From Eledone cirrhosa (Eukaryota): a DNA stretch of 64,000 nucleotides. Positions within the stretch are counted from its first letter, which is position 1, and each line of letters opens with the position of its first letter. Shown one piece after another: positions 61,461-64,000 of the stretch. The position numbers and the translations under genes were made by a program. The notes beneath the pieces are model-generated. The model was given only the letters and a program-made list of their open reading frames with translations, was not told where the DNA came from and did no database searches. The stretch spans positions 294,066,001 to 294,130,000 of the forward strand of contig OZ024743.1 in the NCBI GenBank assembly GCA_964016885.1. Direction: 5' to 3'.

Positions 61461-61510
61461 AGATTCCTGATGATTTCTAATGAATGAAACAGTTCTAGTC
61501 CTGTAGAATC
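61461..61510 (+). ncRNA. Type I hammerhead-like motif (inverted twin at 59664-59717)
   Basis: AGATTC-CTGATGA-tTTC(TAAT)GAAt-GAAA-CAG(TTCTAGTC)CTG-TA-GAATCT. The stem II closing pair is non-canonical (U-U). Confidence 0.6.
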
Positions 61511-61534
61511 TCATCTATATTAAAACTATATATA

Positions 61535-61606
<72 letters not shown>

Positions 61607-62062
61607 GAGTGTAACTGAAGTTGCAGCTTCGATTAGCAGATTCGCAATCGATATTTGAAGGCTTTCACAAAGCACTCAAAGAGAGTGTAATCAACATAAG
61701 TTAGGTAATAATGACACAATGAAAAATGTGACTTAATACTACAACAACGAAAGTTACAGACAGGTTTAAGACGGACCTAGACCTGATCGATAGATATTAG
61801 ATATTAATCGATAGATACCTTCGATAGGTTTCTGGGAAACCGCAAGCTACACTCTAAATTGCGTGATGCGTAAATTATATGAAATATGAGGATTTTCCCC
61901 TGTCAACTGCTCTTTATTTCCAGTATCTAAGTTCGACGGATTAAGATACCACATTGCATTACGACTGTAGTAGTAAATTTGGTAAATTTGGTGTTCTTTC
62001 TCAATAGAGGAAGTTCAAATCCGGGATTTGGAGGTTACATTATATATATATATATATATATA

Positions 62063-62137
<75 letters not shown>

Positions 62138-62460
62138 ACTACCAACATGACCGCTAATTATATGCAAATTTGTACGTCCATTTCAGAATTCTAATATGAG
62201 TGAATGGGTATACAAGCCTATTAAATACGTCTTTTGATGAAGACCCAACTATATCTAAAAATCAATTAAAGTTACTTTTCATTTTTTACAGTTTACCGAG
62301 AAATTCCTACTCTTGTCATGTTTAAATGTCTATATACTAAAAAACATGTTTTCTACTCTTCATATATATATATAATCTTATCGCATACTGCGACTGGTGG
62401 TGCGGTTATATATATATATAAGTACTAAGAGTGAGAAATGAAATTTCGTTTCATTTTTTT

Positions 62461-62508
<48 letters not shown>

Positions 62509-63049
62509 TAAAGTATGTCCATAGAATCATTTGATAAAATATATACACCATTTCCTCTCCCAATTACCATAATTAACCACATAAAAAATCAATTAGACCA
62601 GGCTATAAGAATAAGGCTCCTATGAAGAAATATTTGCGGCCGACAGCAATAGAATATTTACCCAACATTTCAACAGCATGTAGAAATCGACTAAATATAC
62701 CGTCAACCATACACAATTAGGTATAAAATAAAAGTTAGAAGAAATGCGTACACTCTTACCATGATTATGTCCTTACCGAGGCGTTTCGTTCGTGTTTTGA
62801 GATATCCTATTAAGGATAAAATCTCGAGTTTCGAACTCATCAGGAGACAAACTCATAGGACAGGTAATTTTCCAAATCGATCCCCGCCAGAAACAGATTA
62901 AAAAATGGCTAAGAATCGTGACGTGGCAGTGGTCAAGTTAGAAAGAATGTGATTGGTTGCTTACGGCGAATGGGCTGGTTGCTAGAAAGCGCAGCCCAAT
63001 ATTGCCCAAATTGCATCTCAACCTAATGGGAGATTATTAAATATAAAGA

Positions 63050-63345
63050 TTTACATATACACAAACTAAACAAAGTCTCAGATATATATGTGGCAACCAT
63101 TCACGATGTGGCTCAATGAAGAATTATTAAATTAAATAATCAGAGCAATATATCATAAAGTATGTCCATAGAATCATTATGCTAATTGGGAGAGGAAATG
63201 GTGTATATATTTTATCAAATGATTCTATGGACATTCTTTATGATATATTGCTCTGATTATTTAATTTATTAATTCTTCATTGAGCCACATCGTGAATGGT
63301 TGCCACTTATATATCTGAGACTTTGTTTAGTTTGTGTATATGTAA
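63050..63345. repeat. Inverted duplication (partial third copy at 62505-62562)
   Basis: 63050-63178 is the reverse complement of 63220-63347. Confidence 0.85.
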
Positions 63346-63348
63346 ATC

Positions 63349-63524
<176 letters not shown>

Positions 63525-63590
63525 AGAGAGTGTGTGTGTGTGTTTAACGCACATAGGTATTACTATTGAAAGACAAGTCGAAAGAGAGAG

Positions 63591-63631
<41 letters not shown>

Positions 63632-64000
63632 TGTGACGCAAACAGTTTATTTTTATTCCGGCGTCTTCTTGTTGATTATGACAGTATACGGCCGACATAA
63701 ATTTCTGATTTAGTGGCATCTCTATGGCTTCTATATGGCATTGGAAGATAACACCAGGACAGACGAATGATAAGAGACCACAGTGGGAATCAATTATAAA
63801 GACGAGGCCTCATCACAATCTCCAAAAGCGACATTGACTGTCTTGTCTCATAGAAAATATAATCTTGTAGGTCTCTTTTCCAGAATCTGACCCATTGATT
63901 ATGATATAAGCTTGAAGGAACATAAACAGCCAGTGTGTCATACAAATCTTCCCGCCACCCGCCTCCACATCCGTTCATACATATATGTATGAGAAAAATC

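Noticed and set aside
62820-62850. Minus-strand CTGATGA-GTTC-GAAAC hammerhead-like string
   Set aside because: Stem II is essentially absent and no proper stem III plus UH site can be drawn.
63650-63985. Non-repetitive 62-aa minus-strand ORF
   Set aside because: No recognisable motif and stops in all extended frames; it cannot be supported as a gene.

Overview
AT-rich, microsatellite-dense animal (metazoan) genomic DNA. The repeat landscape suggests a cephalopod such as Octopus, but that is inference only. No host gene can be supported; the window is almost all transposon-derived. Main contents: (1) a decayed ~8 kb Helitron-type element (6523-14527, minus) whose Rep-PIF1 helicase frame continues, past one stop codon, into a USP/C19-type deubiquitinase domain; (2) a ~21 kb head-to-tail stack (23390-44185) of R4/Dong-like non-LTR retrotransposons with a restriction-like endonuclease (RLE), separated by (TAA)n. 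Two divergent families in the stack share one 5' UTR, carry candidate pseudoknots before the start codon and show mosaic stop-codon patterns; (3) a non-autonomous Helitron containing a histone-type 3' stem-loop; (4) a Penelope-like element (RT + GIY-YIG) with an inverted pseudo-LTR and a nested SINE; (5) several minimal hammerhead ribozyme motifs in short inverted-repeat elements set in (TA)n; (6) tRNA-derived SINEs, L1/Tx1 and RTE 3' fragments and many simple repeats. Most ORF-track entries are microsatellite or antisense artefacts. All alignments were done by eye, so boundaries are approximate.
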